Shown: positions 40,636-53,429 of the stretch, in pieces
Numbering within the stretch: the first letter of the stretch is position 1
How the letters are laid out: each line of letters starts with the position of its first letter
DNA from: Podarcis cretensis
Taxonomy: Eukaryota
Length of the DNA stretch: 64,000 bases
Direction of reading: 5' to 3'
NCBI GenBank assembly: GCA_951804945.1
Contig: OX638150.1
Location: 31,682,001-31,746,000 of the forward strand
Position numbers and translations under genes: made by a program
The notes under the pieces: model-generated
Told to the model about the DNA's origin: nothing
Databases searched by the model: none
What the model saw: only the letters and a program-made list of their open reading frames with translations

Positions 40636-42318
40636 GAGGAGGTCTAGGATGTTTTCCAGAGCATTTTAAAAATGAAAGTGACCTATTAAACCATTGTGTC
40701 AAAATTGTGTTCCAAGATACAGAGCCAGCTGTCTTGTACAGAAGTCAGATCATTGGTTCATTCAGCTCTCTGATCTCCAGGGTTTCAGACAACCCCTCCC
40801 AGACCTACCTGGAGGTGCCAGGGATCTAAGCTGGGACATTCCACATGCAAACACAGGATTCTATTAAGTGTTCTATCCTTCCAACATGCTTAACATTCAA
40901 TTTGTCTTGAACCCCATCTGAAAAATCCCCTACAACTTCCCCTAGGCTACATCTTTCATCTATCAACTGCTTTGAAACTCCCAACTCAAAACTGTTCAAC
41001 CCTAGATCTACTTTTGCTTGAAGACCATGCATACTGTATCTCATGAATGTGAGGGGTCTTCAAACAGGCCAATGCTGAACATAACCTTCTCTGAGGTTAG
41101 AGGTCTTTGGAATGTCTCTATTCCTATTTGCTTTCCAGCACACAAACCATCCCTGTAGTTCTAAATAACTTCAAGTGTCTTTTCAGAAGTGAGGAATGCT
41201 GCCCAAAGGGCTATGCTACACATTAAAAAGGAGGCATATGTTACACCACCTATGGGACAGTACCACCTTTAGTGTGAAGGTGAGGGACTGCATGATTCAA
41301 TGACCATATACCCCCAATCTAGCAGAACGCTACAGAGCAGAAAAGAGTTCTAGCCTTTCCTTCTCCAAAAATGCACCAGCTTCCTATCTACAGAGTCTGA
41401 TACGGGGGAAGCATATAACACTCAGCCTTTACAGCCAAGTGGCAGAGGCTTCGTTGACCACATGCTCACACTCATATGTTAACAGGCTGACCAAAAGAGT
41501 ACTACAACATGAATATGTATTAATACAACCTAGAATGTATTTTACCTTTTATGTCATGCAACACCTTACAGTCTATGTGTTCCAAAATAGATCTACCATA
41601 GTCCTGTATCCTATTCAAGAATGTCCGTCAAGCCAGGTATCACTCAATACTTTTTCTTCCCTATCATCAACTCAGCTTTCCCAATTAGAAAGGTCATCCT
41701 GAACTTTTAGCCTCGTTTAATAATCCCTTCCAGTTTTTCAAAGGACCTGCAGATGTTCTTTAAAGGTGTACTTGTCCAGTCGACTGAGTAATTAAGATGA
41801 AGGCTGCAACTTCACTGAACAGGAAAAGGAATAATGGGAGGCAAGAAAAGTAGATGAAATAGGCAGAGCCAAGAAAGAGCCCTGCAAAATTCAGGTGTGG
41901 GGCAGAACAAAAGCAGTAGCTGGCTCTGCTGTACAGCTGCTTTCGTCTCCAGATTAAGATGGAAGCCTCCCAAGCGCTCGTGCCACATGAGGACAAGGCC
42001 ATGCTGCCATTAAGGCAGAGGTAGTTCTTAAGAGCTGGTGATGCAGTTCTATGAGAAGCTCCCAGACTTGTCAAGCTCACTTTATCAGCATTTAAAGGCT
42101 ATTTCCATACTGGCACCGTGCCCCACTGGCTTTGCCCTTTGGGCTTCTCAGCATGAAGTCTAAATACTGGGCTGCTGGACGTGCTGCAAAGCCAGCTTGA
42201 AAGACTTCGTGCCACGTGACTGTTCTCAGGTTTCATGTGATTCGTGCTGCGGGGATCACCTCACATGGATGCCTGTCTCAAGAACAAAATACAAAAAAGG
42301 AAGGAAAAAAAGAATTAC

Positions 42319-42519
42319 CTTCACTTTGCCCTCCAAGAACTTATTGCAGAAGTCCCTGATGTTTCCTGGAGTCAGCTCTTCTGAATCCGGCTTGTACTTG
42401 GTCATTTCCTCCTCCAGGGTAATGAGACGGATGGCAGGGCACTCCTCTTTCTTGAGGCCAAAGAACTCCAAGATCCTCTGGTTATCGCCGTGGTCACTGT
42501 CTATGAAGATGAACAAGAT
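42319..42519 (-). CDS. P4HB: P4HB exon 7 ([44 protein letters not shown]...EGKVK)
   Basis: ccgccaag|ATC...AAG|gtaatt, 201 nt. b' domain. Confidence 0.96.
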
Positions 42520-43240
42520 CTTGGCGGAGGAGAAAGGAAGAAGAACAGTGGAATCGAGGCATTAGACAAATGCATGGCACAGGCAAGAAACTAGCTAGTC
42601 CTCCCTCAGTAACTATTCTTTCTCCTGCCACCCCAATTGTGTTTCATGCCTAAAGCAAGTTCTTGTCCGCTTAATAGTTGTCAAGTACCTAGGCTCAGTG
42701 GCTTTCAACCTTTTTGATTCCACGGCTCCCTTAACCCACCATCTTCTTTCTGCAGCTTCCCTGGGGGAGTCACTTACAGTGGGGTTCCATTACAGGACTC
42801 GAGTCAGTGGGGACTCCCCCATTCTGCCCCTTTGCTTCACACGCCCCATTCTGTCCCTGCCATCTCCCCTGAATGTTCCTCAGAGTAAAAGAGAGATAAT
42901 GCAGGAAGATATGAGCTTACAAGTTAATGAAAGCATGGTCCCCCCCCCCCGCTCCCCTGAACATTCCTCAAGTCTCCCCAGGGTGTTTCAGTACAACCAT
43001 TGACCAAGCTTATTCCATTCAAAGACTTCTAGAGTTGTCACCTGATTGCTGGGGCTATTTAGGAGCAGTCTATGCTGAAGCAGCTTGTGCTACTTTTCAT
43101 GTTACTTAGCTATATTCTGAAACTCCTATGATCGGATCCTGTTCGCAACCAGAGGTACCACTGTAAGTGCCAGTGTTCACCCCCTGGGAAGCCTAGGGGA
43201 CGAAGAAAGGATTTTTAATAATTCACTTCCTGGTCCTCAC

Positions 43241-43366
43241 CTTCCCTTTGAAGCTCTCTGCTGCTTTTTTGAAGTTATCCAGTTTCCCCTGGTAGTCTGT
43301 AACACTCTTGGGCAGGAACAACAGGATGTGGGTCTTGATCTCTCCTCCAAAGATTTTGGGTGCCGT
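43241..43366 (-). CDS. P4HB: P4HB exon 6 ([42 protein letters not shown])
   Basis: ccacag|ACG...AAG|gtgagg, 126 nt. Confidence 0.96.
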
Positions 43367-43542
43367 CTGTGGAAGAACAAATAGATGCATGCTAGGGCCA
43401 AGAGTGTTACCAGGTTGCCAAGATTATGAAAAACTCCCCCCTCCCTCATTTACAGTTCATTCTACTTAGTATAATTTGTCTGGTTAGCATTCTCCACTCC
43501 TGATTGGTAGACACAGATCAAGGCGTGGGTTAGGTCACCCAG

Positions 43543-43572
43543 CCAACCAACCAACCAACCAACCAACCAACC
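43543..43572. repeat. (AACC)n microsatellite in P4HB intron 5
   Basis: Direct reading. Confidence 0.9.
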
Positions 43573-43600
43573 CTGCCTTGCTAGAGAGCCACTTCCATAC

Positions 43601-43705
43601 CTGTTCAGTGAATTCAATCACCAAGGGCAGCTGGTTTGATTTGATGAAGTTCAACAGATTCTCTTTTGTTATCTCCCCTTCATAGTTGTTACGTCCTTCA
43701 TCAAA
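43601..43705 (-). CDS. P4HB: P4HB exon 5 ([35 protein letters not shown])
   Basis: ttccag|TTT...CAG|gtatgg, 105 nt. Confidence 0.96.
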
Positions 43706-45693
43706 CTGGAAACAAGCACAAAGTGACTCGTGAGAATAAATCAAGCCGACTTACGGTTGAGATCAATCAAGAGTTACAGTTGGGTCATCAGCCTACTTAT
43801 CACCAAAACGCAGGTTATGGGCAGATTGAGTGTCTGCCACAATTCTACAGGCATCCAAAATTTGGTATTGAGTAAATCATTCGGTTTCCTGAAAACGTCG
43901 GTGGTGGTTTAGGCTTCTAACCCTTATGTCTATGAAAAAATGTGTGCAAGTATGTAGGACTAAAGGATGGCACAGCAAAACCGAGAATGGCTCAGTTCAC
44001 ATTCAATCCTAAACCAAGCTATGGCTTAGCTTGAACACACCTGACTACCAGGGATGAGATTGTGGCCATTTTGCTCTTCCTCCAGTCCTTCTGCTGCTGC
44101 ACTGCTGTAAACCAAAGACTGGTTCAGGCTCATGTGTTATCCAAACCTGGGCTTGGATTCTAATGGTGTGTGAACCACGAACTCTGGTTCAAACACAACA
44201 CTGAGCCAAATTACGACTTAGCTCACAGCAAATGCAGCAGCAGGAGCAGAGAAGCAAAACAGCTCTCTCCAGTAGCCCACATACCATGTCATAGTTTGGA
44301 CTAGTATTGCATGTAAAACAGGTCAATACTTTGAGGAATGGGACTTTAGGGCCCAACATTTATCTTCTGCCACAACCAAGCTATTATTCAGATTTATGTA
44401 AAAAAGACAAACATGAAGTCCAGCTTGGTTTCTATCCATCACTTCTCCAATTTTTACAAGATACACAATCCTGAGTGTTATATCTGTAGGGCTCCCACTG
44501 ACAACTCTAGACGCAAACTACGGTGCACATTTCACACTGCAAGCAAGGCACAGAATTTCTCAAGTTAAAATCCAGGGTAGAATCTCTGCCAAAGCTCTCA
44601 TCTTACTAACAAGCTAAGATTCAAGGCTCCATAGGAGTAAACAGAGCAGTGACTAGAAAGGAGTTTGGCACTAAGGGATTGCCAGATTCTTGCTACATAC
44701 CCACCACCTCAAAAGGGGTTTCTTAAATATTCTATAGTATTTTAAATACACAACTCTCGAAAGTCACAGAAGCAGGTTGCTCATTTCCTGGTAGGCAACA
44801 GGTTGTGCAGGTCTTGCTGGAAGCAGATATATTTATCTGATCAACAGAACCACTAAAAAGGAGGTAGTGTCCTAGGCAGCAGGACACAACGTGGAACTAG
44901 TAAATATATAGCAGTTTACTCAGAGGACAACACATCCCTGCAGGGCTATTGTTAGCCAAGCAGGAACAGAAGTCAGAAAGCACGCTATCATTCCTCTGCC
45001 AGGAATAATTTTGCTGCAGAGCAACACCTATTACTGTTCAGGTTCTCAAAATCTTTCCTGGCACCATGGAAAGGGGCAGGGAGTAACAGACATAGGAGAA
45101 TCAAGGTTATCCACCAAGAAGACATGCAAGGGAAAGCAGTGATCCCATTGGCTGGGCTCCCTAGTGACACAACTCTGGGGGACGCACATATAGGTCACTG
45201 TTTGAGTAACTTTCCAGGAAAGTTATACAAAGAAATCTACTTCAAGACGTCGTGAAGTTTATGCAAAAGACAAGGAAACAAAAAGCAAAGTTGGGTAGTT
45301 GTAGTGCTGTGTTCAAATCTCACCTTAGCCATGAACTCAATAGGTAGCCTTAGGTAAGCCAGTATTCTCTCAGACACCATATATATAGTAAGAGCTACCT
45401 GCCTTCACATTGGCAGGTTAACCAAAAATGCTGTTTGCACACTCAGAAGTGTTTTATAAAATGCCAGATTTTAATACAACCTATCCCTGAAGAACAGTTT
45501 ATTAGAATACACCTGGGAAGGAGGCACAAGTCAGCGGTCACAAAGAAACAAAACTTTAAAATGTGCAGCCTTACCAGGGACTAGATATTCTACGGTTTTG
45601 CCAATAACACCTCTGCTTGTTTATGTGTGCTACATAAGACTTATAATAAATCGGTTCCTGGCTTTCATACACCTCCAGTGAGATGCATTTAGA

Positions 45694-45815
45694 ACAGGCT
45701 TCCTCAATGTTGGCCCTCCAGATGTTTTTGGCCTACAACTCTCATGATCCCTAGCTAGCACAACCAGTGGTCAGGGATGATGGGAATTGTAGTCTCAAAA
45801 CATTTGGAGGGCCTG
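45694..45815. mobile_element. hAT-like hairpin MITE
   Basis: ggccctccagatgtttttggcctacaactctcat...gatgggaattgtagtctcaaaacatttggagggcc. Clear inverted arms. Confidence 0.7.
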
Positions 45816-47743
45816 ATTTAGAACCTACCAGCTCTGCTTTTACTATACCCTGTAATCTTAGCAGAAACTAGCCAACTTAGAGATACCTCAAGATTCCAAA
45901 TGTAGTCTTGCCACAGTCCAGAAGATTCCGAGTGCCACTCTCACCAGCCCCAATGTTTAGAGGCCTGCTAGCGGAAGACCATACAAAGACTTTGCGAACA
46001 CAACAGGGCTTTACTCCGTGTGTGTGTGTGAACAACCCCCAGAACAACATGTGGGGAGGGAGGGTATATAACTATCAGCAAGGAAATAGAGGCAGGTCAT
46101 TCCATCAGGCAAGCAGAAATTATCGTGCTGGCAGAGCTATCTGCTTAGCGCTACTCTGAATTCCTCCCAGTGCTTCACCACTTAACAGCTGCAGGGGCAT
46201 TTCACGTCCTGTCCAATTCTGTAACTGCTTACATGGTTTCGTCTCATTCCAAACAATATTCCCTGGCATCAGTGAGGTCACTTCATGACACTCAAGCTCT
46301 ATGGGGCCATGTGCAAATGTGGTAGGAACAGATTCAAATGTAACATCTGCTGAAAGTTTGTTTCATTTTGGTTGGAAGCAAAAAAAAAAATAATAAAATG
46401 GCAGCACCACAGAGTTAACCGTGTAAAAATTCAAGCATTTGACAGGTGTGCACCTGAAGAGTTCAGAAGCTTGGGCAAGTGTCCTTTTGGCAACTAAAAG
46501 GGATTTGCTTTTACTTTGGCTGGTTGAAGTCTCAACAGCTCCAATACTGAGGAGCAAGAAACGGAGAATAAGAGTGAGGAAAGTTCTAAGCCACTCAGAA
46601 AAGTACCCCCTTTCGATAGAAGAGCTGGCCAATCAGAAATTTACCTCCTATCCTTTAATAAAAGTGCTGGCCAAACACAACTTCCCCACCCCCTTAACAG
46701 ATTGAAAGGTTTTTAAAAGCAAGTATTCAGCTTAACATGCCAAACACTTGAAGGTGGAAAAGCCTGTCTGAAGCAGGGAGAATTGACCTTAAAGAGGCAG
46801 TCAGGGTGTAATCTACAGGCTATAGATGCCTTTATAACAGGCGAGAGCATGCGTTGCTCTACTCTTCTCAGGTGGAGAGAAGGGTATGGACACTGTGGGG
46901 TCACCATCCACTTTGTAATGGCGCTCAAAAGTCAATGCCTGCAACTACAGTAAGTTCTGGAGGATTCTGGAGTCTGAGATTTCCTCCCTTAATGGTTGCT
47001 CTGCTAAGGGCCCCATACCTTTTGACAAACCACTTTGGCAACCTAAATACTGACAATGGCATGAGTCAAGATCTTGCTCTTGTGGCTTGCAACACAAAGC
47101 AGGGGTGTTTTTCCCCCACAAGTGTCCCTGTTTGGAGGTCCCCCCCCCTAAATTACCTCCTCCATTCTGGTTCTCTAACATCTGAACAGACCTAGCTATT
47201 ATATTACCAAGGTTAACTTGCTGAATAAGCTACTCAGACTGCTTCTTCCTGTTCTGCTTTCACAATCCATCCAGTGTGCTTGGTTTCCACCAACAAGCTC
47301 AGCAGCGGAAAGACTGGTTTTGTTCCAGAGAATTGCAATTTAAGTGGCAACGAGTCTTGCTGCCAATCATTAAGATTCTCTTGCCTTAATCATCTATACT
47401 GACCTTGAAAACAAAAGCCCAACATCAGTTCCTCTTCACACTACCACTTCAGCTGTGATACTAGAAGTACCCTTTGAGGAAGCAACTGGGTTTTACAAGC
47501 TAAAGCCCATGCACTCTTAGGATATAAGAGTACTTCCAGGGGGAGGGGGAAGCTGATGAGAAAAAATTCAAGTGGTTTCCAATTACCTCCTTCAAATCAA
47601 GTTTTTAGAGCACTATTTGGACCTGTGTGAACTTTCTACAAATACAGCAACAGTGTGGGTGGATGTAGAACAGAAATATACTGGGAAAGCAGAGTGCAGA
47701 CAGCCAGACTTAGCACATAATGGGAATATTTTGCACCACTCAC

Positions 47744-47881
47744 CTTCTTAAAAAGGGCAACTCCATCTTTGCTGAGCTGGTATTTGGCAAAGACATCGCT
47801 GTTGGAAGAGATCCCAAAAGGAATGTCATCAATGGACTCTGCTGCCAACAAGAACTGCTTGGCAGCATCAGATTCTGCATC
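47744..47881 (-). CDS. P4HB: P4HB exon 4 ([46 protein letters not shown])
   Basis: tgttag|GAT...AAG|gtgagt, 138 nt. Confidence 0.96.
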
Positions 47882-48267
47882 CTAACAAAGAAGAAAGATT
47901 TTAAGTTTTAAATACTCCACACCATGCCTTGATTTGATGCATGTTGCTTACTCAGTGATGCAAGAACAACAAAGAGCCAAGATGGGATAAAGAAATGGGC
48001 ATCATACTCTAGCTGTAATTTCCCTGTGTCCACAAATTCCCCTCCCCACTGAAATTGGGCACGATTGATTCTACTGTAACCAATTGAACAAGTTGTGGTG
48101 TGCGATGCCCACAAGTTTCTCTGGTTTGCAAGTTTATTTATTCTATTTTTATCCCACCTTCCCCCTAAGAGCTGAAGGTGCCATACATGGTTCTCCTCCT
48201 CCCCAATTGGAAGTAGGTTAGGTTAAGAGACTGTCTAGGCTCAGGTCACTCAGGGAACTTTGTGTTA

Positions 48268-48537
<270 letters not shown>

Positions 48538-50088
48538 TCAGAATCTCTTTCACGTTTAAGTTGGAGCACTTGATCTAATCACCCCAAGTGGAAACTCCCA
48601 TTATTTCCTTGTTCAGAGGGCAAAGAGCTTCTGTTCACCTTTTTAGGGAGATAAGCCACCATCTTCTCTTCCCCCTTTGCCTTCCAAGACAAAGCTGCCA
48701 CCAGAAGGTGCTATTGAGCACAAAGCTGCTTTACTTGGTACAAAAAATATTTCATAGTAACATTTAAGAGCATGCTGTTTCTATCACCACATTGGCTCAT
48801 GTATATTTAGAGCTTTGGTCACATTATAATATCACTGATGCAAAACGTTCTGCAAGATGCAAGCATTTTCATGCTGACGAATACCACAAAATGGTTGAGT
48901 GAAGAAAAAATACAGGAAACAAGATTTTCTACCACAGTACCAAAGCTTAAAAGCAACAAATAGGTTTTTCAACGCTGTTAAAATTAGATCTGTATTTCTA
49001 ACTCTTGGGAGGCTCCACCCAAAACTAGCTGCCTTTAGAATCTGCTTTAAGCACATCTTACACTGATTATATACAATGCAAGATAAGTTACTATGCCAAT
49101 CTCCATTTCAAAATTCCCCAAATGTAAATAATACGAATTGCCCTTCCCTATACCTGTGAACAGAAAGATTCCTATAGGCAGGAGGGTAGATACCTGCTCA
49201 CTGTGACCATCACCCACATTGCAGGGGTGACAAGTGGAGCTGCAGCCCTGGAGCTTGAGGGTGGTGGTGCAGAAACTGATCCAGTTTTATTGAGCTTTAT
49301 TGATGAAACAATAGGAAAGAGCCATACCCCAGCTGTAAGCTTTGAAGGGGGAAGCTAGGAACAGCCACCACCTTCACCTTCCACTGCCTTGCCTCCTTCA
49401 CTCCCAAAGTTTGCAGCAGGACAGGGGGAGCAAGTGATCGCTCATAATCTCCCGCAGTGCAAGCTCTGGGATAAGACCACCATCCACTGAATACAATGGG
49501 ACATATAAAAACATGCAGAGGATTGCACTGAAGAGGAGGGGCTAGATCCTGACAAATATGTGTTTTTGGCTTGGCTAGCCAGGTTAGGTGAAGCTGGTCC
49601 GGGGGACAGAGCCCTGCTTTCTTTACTTGGACATGGCCAAGCAGTGTGAGAAACAGAAGGGCCGTGTACTCCATATTCTCGAGGCAGCTCTCAAAACTCT
49701 GCTGGACCAAGCTATACACCCACCCACCAAGTCGAAAATGATGCCCAAAGAATTCAGTTCAAGATGTATGGGATTGCTTATTACAGCTACTTTTACCACA
49801 CGAGAAAGAAATCATATAACCAAGCCTGTAACATTTAATGCATATATTGATACAGCAACCTGGGGATGGGTTATTGCTTTTTGTTTTGTTACCATGCAAT
49901 GTATTTTTGTGTTCTGATATTGTAAACTGCACTGCGATCCTTGAATGAAAGGTAGTTTGGAAATTTAATAAATAAAATAAGCCTATTTTTTTTATATGCA
50001 AAAGGTAATAACTAACTCTACCAGCACTCAGAGTGGCTGCGCAGGCTGCCTTTCAAGAAAGCCAAAATCAGAGGCAGGACAGTCATAC

Positions 50089-50301
50089 CTGTGGGAAAAC
50101 TTATCCTACACGTGGCTTCTGTGGCTGCTGCAAGCTCTTCTTCCCATACAACTGAAAGCACTTCTTCCCCTATAACTGGAAGCTCATCTTCCTCTGCAAC
50201 TGAAAGCTCATCTTCCTCTGCAACTGAAAGCTCATCTTCCGCTATAACTGAAAGCACTTTTTCCCCTACAACTGGAAGCTCATCTTCCCCTACAATGGGA
50301 T
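50089..50301 (-). CDS. Candidate alternative P4HB exon encoding a 71-aa acidic 8-residue repeat (DPIVGEDELPVVGEKVLSVIAEDELSV...ISFPT)
   Basis: cccccatccttag|AT CCC...CCC ACA G|gtatga, 213 nt. Phase 1-1 like the host intron, with no stops. Unverified by expression. Confidence 0.35.
50127..50294. repeat. Minisatellite, 7 x 24 bp (consensus actgaaagctcatcttcccctaca), in P4HB intron 2
   Basis: Seven units read directly. All are exactly 24 nt and differ only by substitutions. Confidence 0.92.
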
Positions 50302-52497
50302 CTAAGGATGGGGGACTGGCCATTCTGTAGTGTTGCCCTCCCAATTTAGTTTTTCACCAGCCACCAGCACAAAAAGTTAATAGCTGAAGACCATTCAGCT
50401 TCCTAAATGAGGAGATTTTTGTGCCTATTTCTAGGTGACAGGCTCCTAAGCAAGGCGGGATTCTTCCCAACTGTCACCATGGAATCTCGGGAGAGAATCA
50501 GCAGCAATGTCTAAGGAACAGGCTTCTTACATCATTGTGCCCCACCCCCATCCTACTTCTGTACCTTCCATCAGCCACCACTACCTTTTAAAAACTTCAT
50601 TATTTTGACCTGTGTGATTTTTCTTTTTTTATATGACTAGGAGTTTTAATAACTCTTTGACCACAGGCTTTCCATTATGATGGTTAGGGAAAAGTATGTT
50701 ACAATCAGCATAACCAACCATTCAGAATGATCAGGCATGCTGATCAGCTGTCTGCCAGTAGCTTTGGTGATAAAAGTAGTTTGTCTAGCACTAATATCAT
50801 CCATGTATATGGCACAACTCATGAATTGTAGAGTTGAGAGTGACCCTGGGTTTTATCTAATCTGATCCCCTGTAAGGCAAGAATCTCAACAAAATCTTTC
50901 AGACGAAGGACATGTCCCTGCCCCAAGGCTCTTACCATTTAGAAACAGATAAAGCAGGCAAACAAAGGAACGGAAGGGAAAGAGGGATGGGGTAAACATG
51001 GGGAAAATTACATTTCAGTTACATGTATTAAAGGCTTAGTTGCAATGGTGCTTTAGGAGTAGGGGTCTGTCAAAAGCTTCGTGGAAAAGGTGATTTTGCA
51101 AATGGTTATGTAGGAAGGGTTTTGGGAGGCAGTTCAAGTCACAAGGTACAGTCGTTGAAGGAGCAGAAGACAGCTAGATGACCAAGCATGGAGGTGCTGG
51201 CTAAGCAAAAGAGACAGGGAAAGAGATATGGGAGGATGTGGCAGCAGTGAGGCAAGAGGGTGAAAGCTACTGAGAGCTTTGAAGATGAATCAGGGAGGAC
51301 TCAAAGGCAACATAGGGCTGCAAGAAGGGTATTTCTGTGCTCAGAATAATTTTGCCAAGAGTGATGAATATAGGCAAGATTATCAAGTCCAGAGGGCAGA
51401 AGGCTGGATGGATCAGAGATTTTTGCTGAGGGACAACAGGGAGCAGAGTGCAGGTAATGTTATAAAGCAGTCTTACTCATCTGCATGTCCTACAGATACT
51501 GCTAGACTTCCACCTCAACCCCATTTTCCAACAAGTAACATGTGGAAGAAAAACTGTTACTATTTTTATCATTTATGACATGCTAGTGCCTATGCTTTTG
51601 TGTTTTTAAATGCAACTACAGGTGCATGCTTGTCTCAGTTACACAAAACTGGGAATATGAAATATTTGATAAACTCTCATTTAGTTTTGATACAACTTCA
51701 AAAAATAGGACATCCATTTTATACGTAGGAAAGAGGCTGAAATAGACTCTAGTGAATGAATGGCTATGACTGAGCAGTAGCATGAGCTCAGTGCCTTGAG
51801 TCACAGACTTCTCCTTCAAGGCTAGAATGCTGTTCAGAATACAGACACTGAAATAGTCACTGCTTAATAGATTTATTGCCTTTGGCTGTAGCCCTATCTA
51901 CCTCTTCTTGGCAGCAAGCCTCACTGACCTCCATGGAGCTTACTACTGAATAGATATACACAGAATTGGGCTGTAAGGAATAAACAATGGTGAGGGAGGG
52001 TATTACATGCAGTAAATTGCTCCAAGAGCTGCAATTTTGCATTTGTGATTCCATCATATACAAAGCAGGGAGCAGATATATCCTAAGGGCAACTATTAAA
52101 AAGCAATACCAACTTGTCCTTAATTTGTGTCAGAGGAGTTCTAAGCTAGAAATGCAAAACCACGGTACCTTATTCCTATTTAACAGATTATCCTTGTCTT
52201 TCTAGTGACTAGAAAAATTACATGCAAGGACAAAGTTGCAAGTCGTCTATGAAAAACAATTTTTCGTGGGACTATTTAGCAGAGACGTTTGAACTGGTGA
52301 AATATATATATACAACATGAACAAACAGCTTAAAGGAGGCAGAGAACCATATCTGAACAACATGAAGTGAAAGCCAACAGTTAAGGCATCAAAACCAAGA
52401 AGTATCCTCTTGTGTCACTTTTGCTTTATGTTCCAGGTTTGGTCCCCCCACCTCAATTCACATGTTCCAGACTTTTTAGCCATTACCATAGTCTCAC

Positions 52498-52704
52498 CTG
52501 TGTATTCTTTAGGGGATGATTTATCACCATTCTTGAAGAATTTGATAGTAGGGTAGCCTCGAACACCAAACTGTTGGGCAAGCTCTGATTCTTCTGTTGC
52601 ATCCACCTTGGCCAGCCTGATTTCTGAGTTGTCAGATTTCAATTTTGCTGCCGCCTTCACATACTCTGGGGCCAGAGCTTTACAGTGACCACACCAGGGT
52701 GCAT
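52498..52704 (-). CDS. P4HB: P4HB exon 2, a-domain active site WCGHC
   Basis: tttcag|AT GCA CCC TGG TGT GGT CAC TGT...TAC ACA G|gtgaga, 207 nt. Confidence 0.97.
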
Positions 52705-53429
52705 CTGAAAAAGAGAAGTACTTACTATCAAAGCAATTACTGTGCAACCCTCCAACACTGATACTTTCTATCAACAGGAATGCAACCACAACAACAAAAC
52801 ATTCCATGCAGATAGCATCCAAGTGACGGGTGGGAGTGAAAATTATGGCAAGGAAAGCTTCACCTTTGACTGCCCTGTAGTACTATAACCAGCACCTTTC
52901 CGGTCACAAAATCCTAACATGAAGTTTCCCCCTCTTCACCTATTACTTTACAAGCAGTCTCTGCAGTGGAAATGCAAGGCAACGAACGAGGAAGTCTAGA
53001 ATATCGGGAAAAGAAAGAGACAGGCTCAGTCCTCAATACTGTTGCTCACTTGATGTAAATCTCTCCCCAGTGCATAGTTCAAGGTTTCTTGTCCTGCACT
53101 GCCGTCAGCAACAACCTGCAACTAGCACAGCACATCCAACTTTGGGAGTCTTCCAAGACTCCAGTGAAGCCTCTTAACTTTACTGGCACGCCCCTTCCAA
53201 CAGTACTCCTGGTGCTATTGCAATGCCACCAACAGACATAACCTGGCACAATGCTTTCCCCAATACTTCAAAGAGGTACATTTCAGACGCACTTTGCACT
53301 CTTAAAAAATATCCAGCGGGCCCCTGTGCTCTCCTGCCATCAGATCCTACCAGTGTCCCATAGCCAACTCGTCAGCATCTATCTATACCCCTATTTTCAA
53401 GGCTGAAAATATATAGCAACAGTAGCACC

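Noticed and set aside
50091-50330. Plus-strand Ser/Thr-rich mucin-like ORF over the 24-bp repeat
   Set aside because: It is the antisense reading of the same VNTR. It has only a GTG start and no supporting gene structure, and the splice-phase evidence favours the minus strand.
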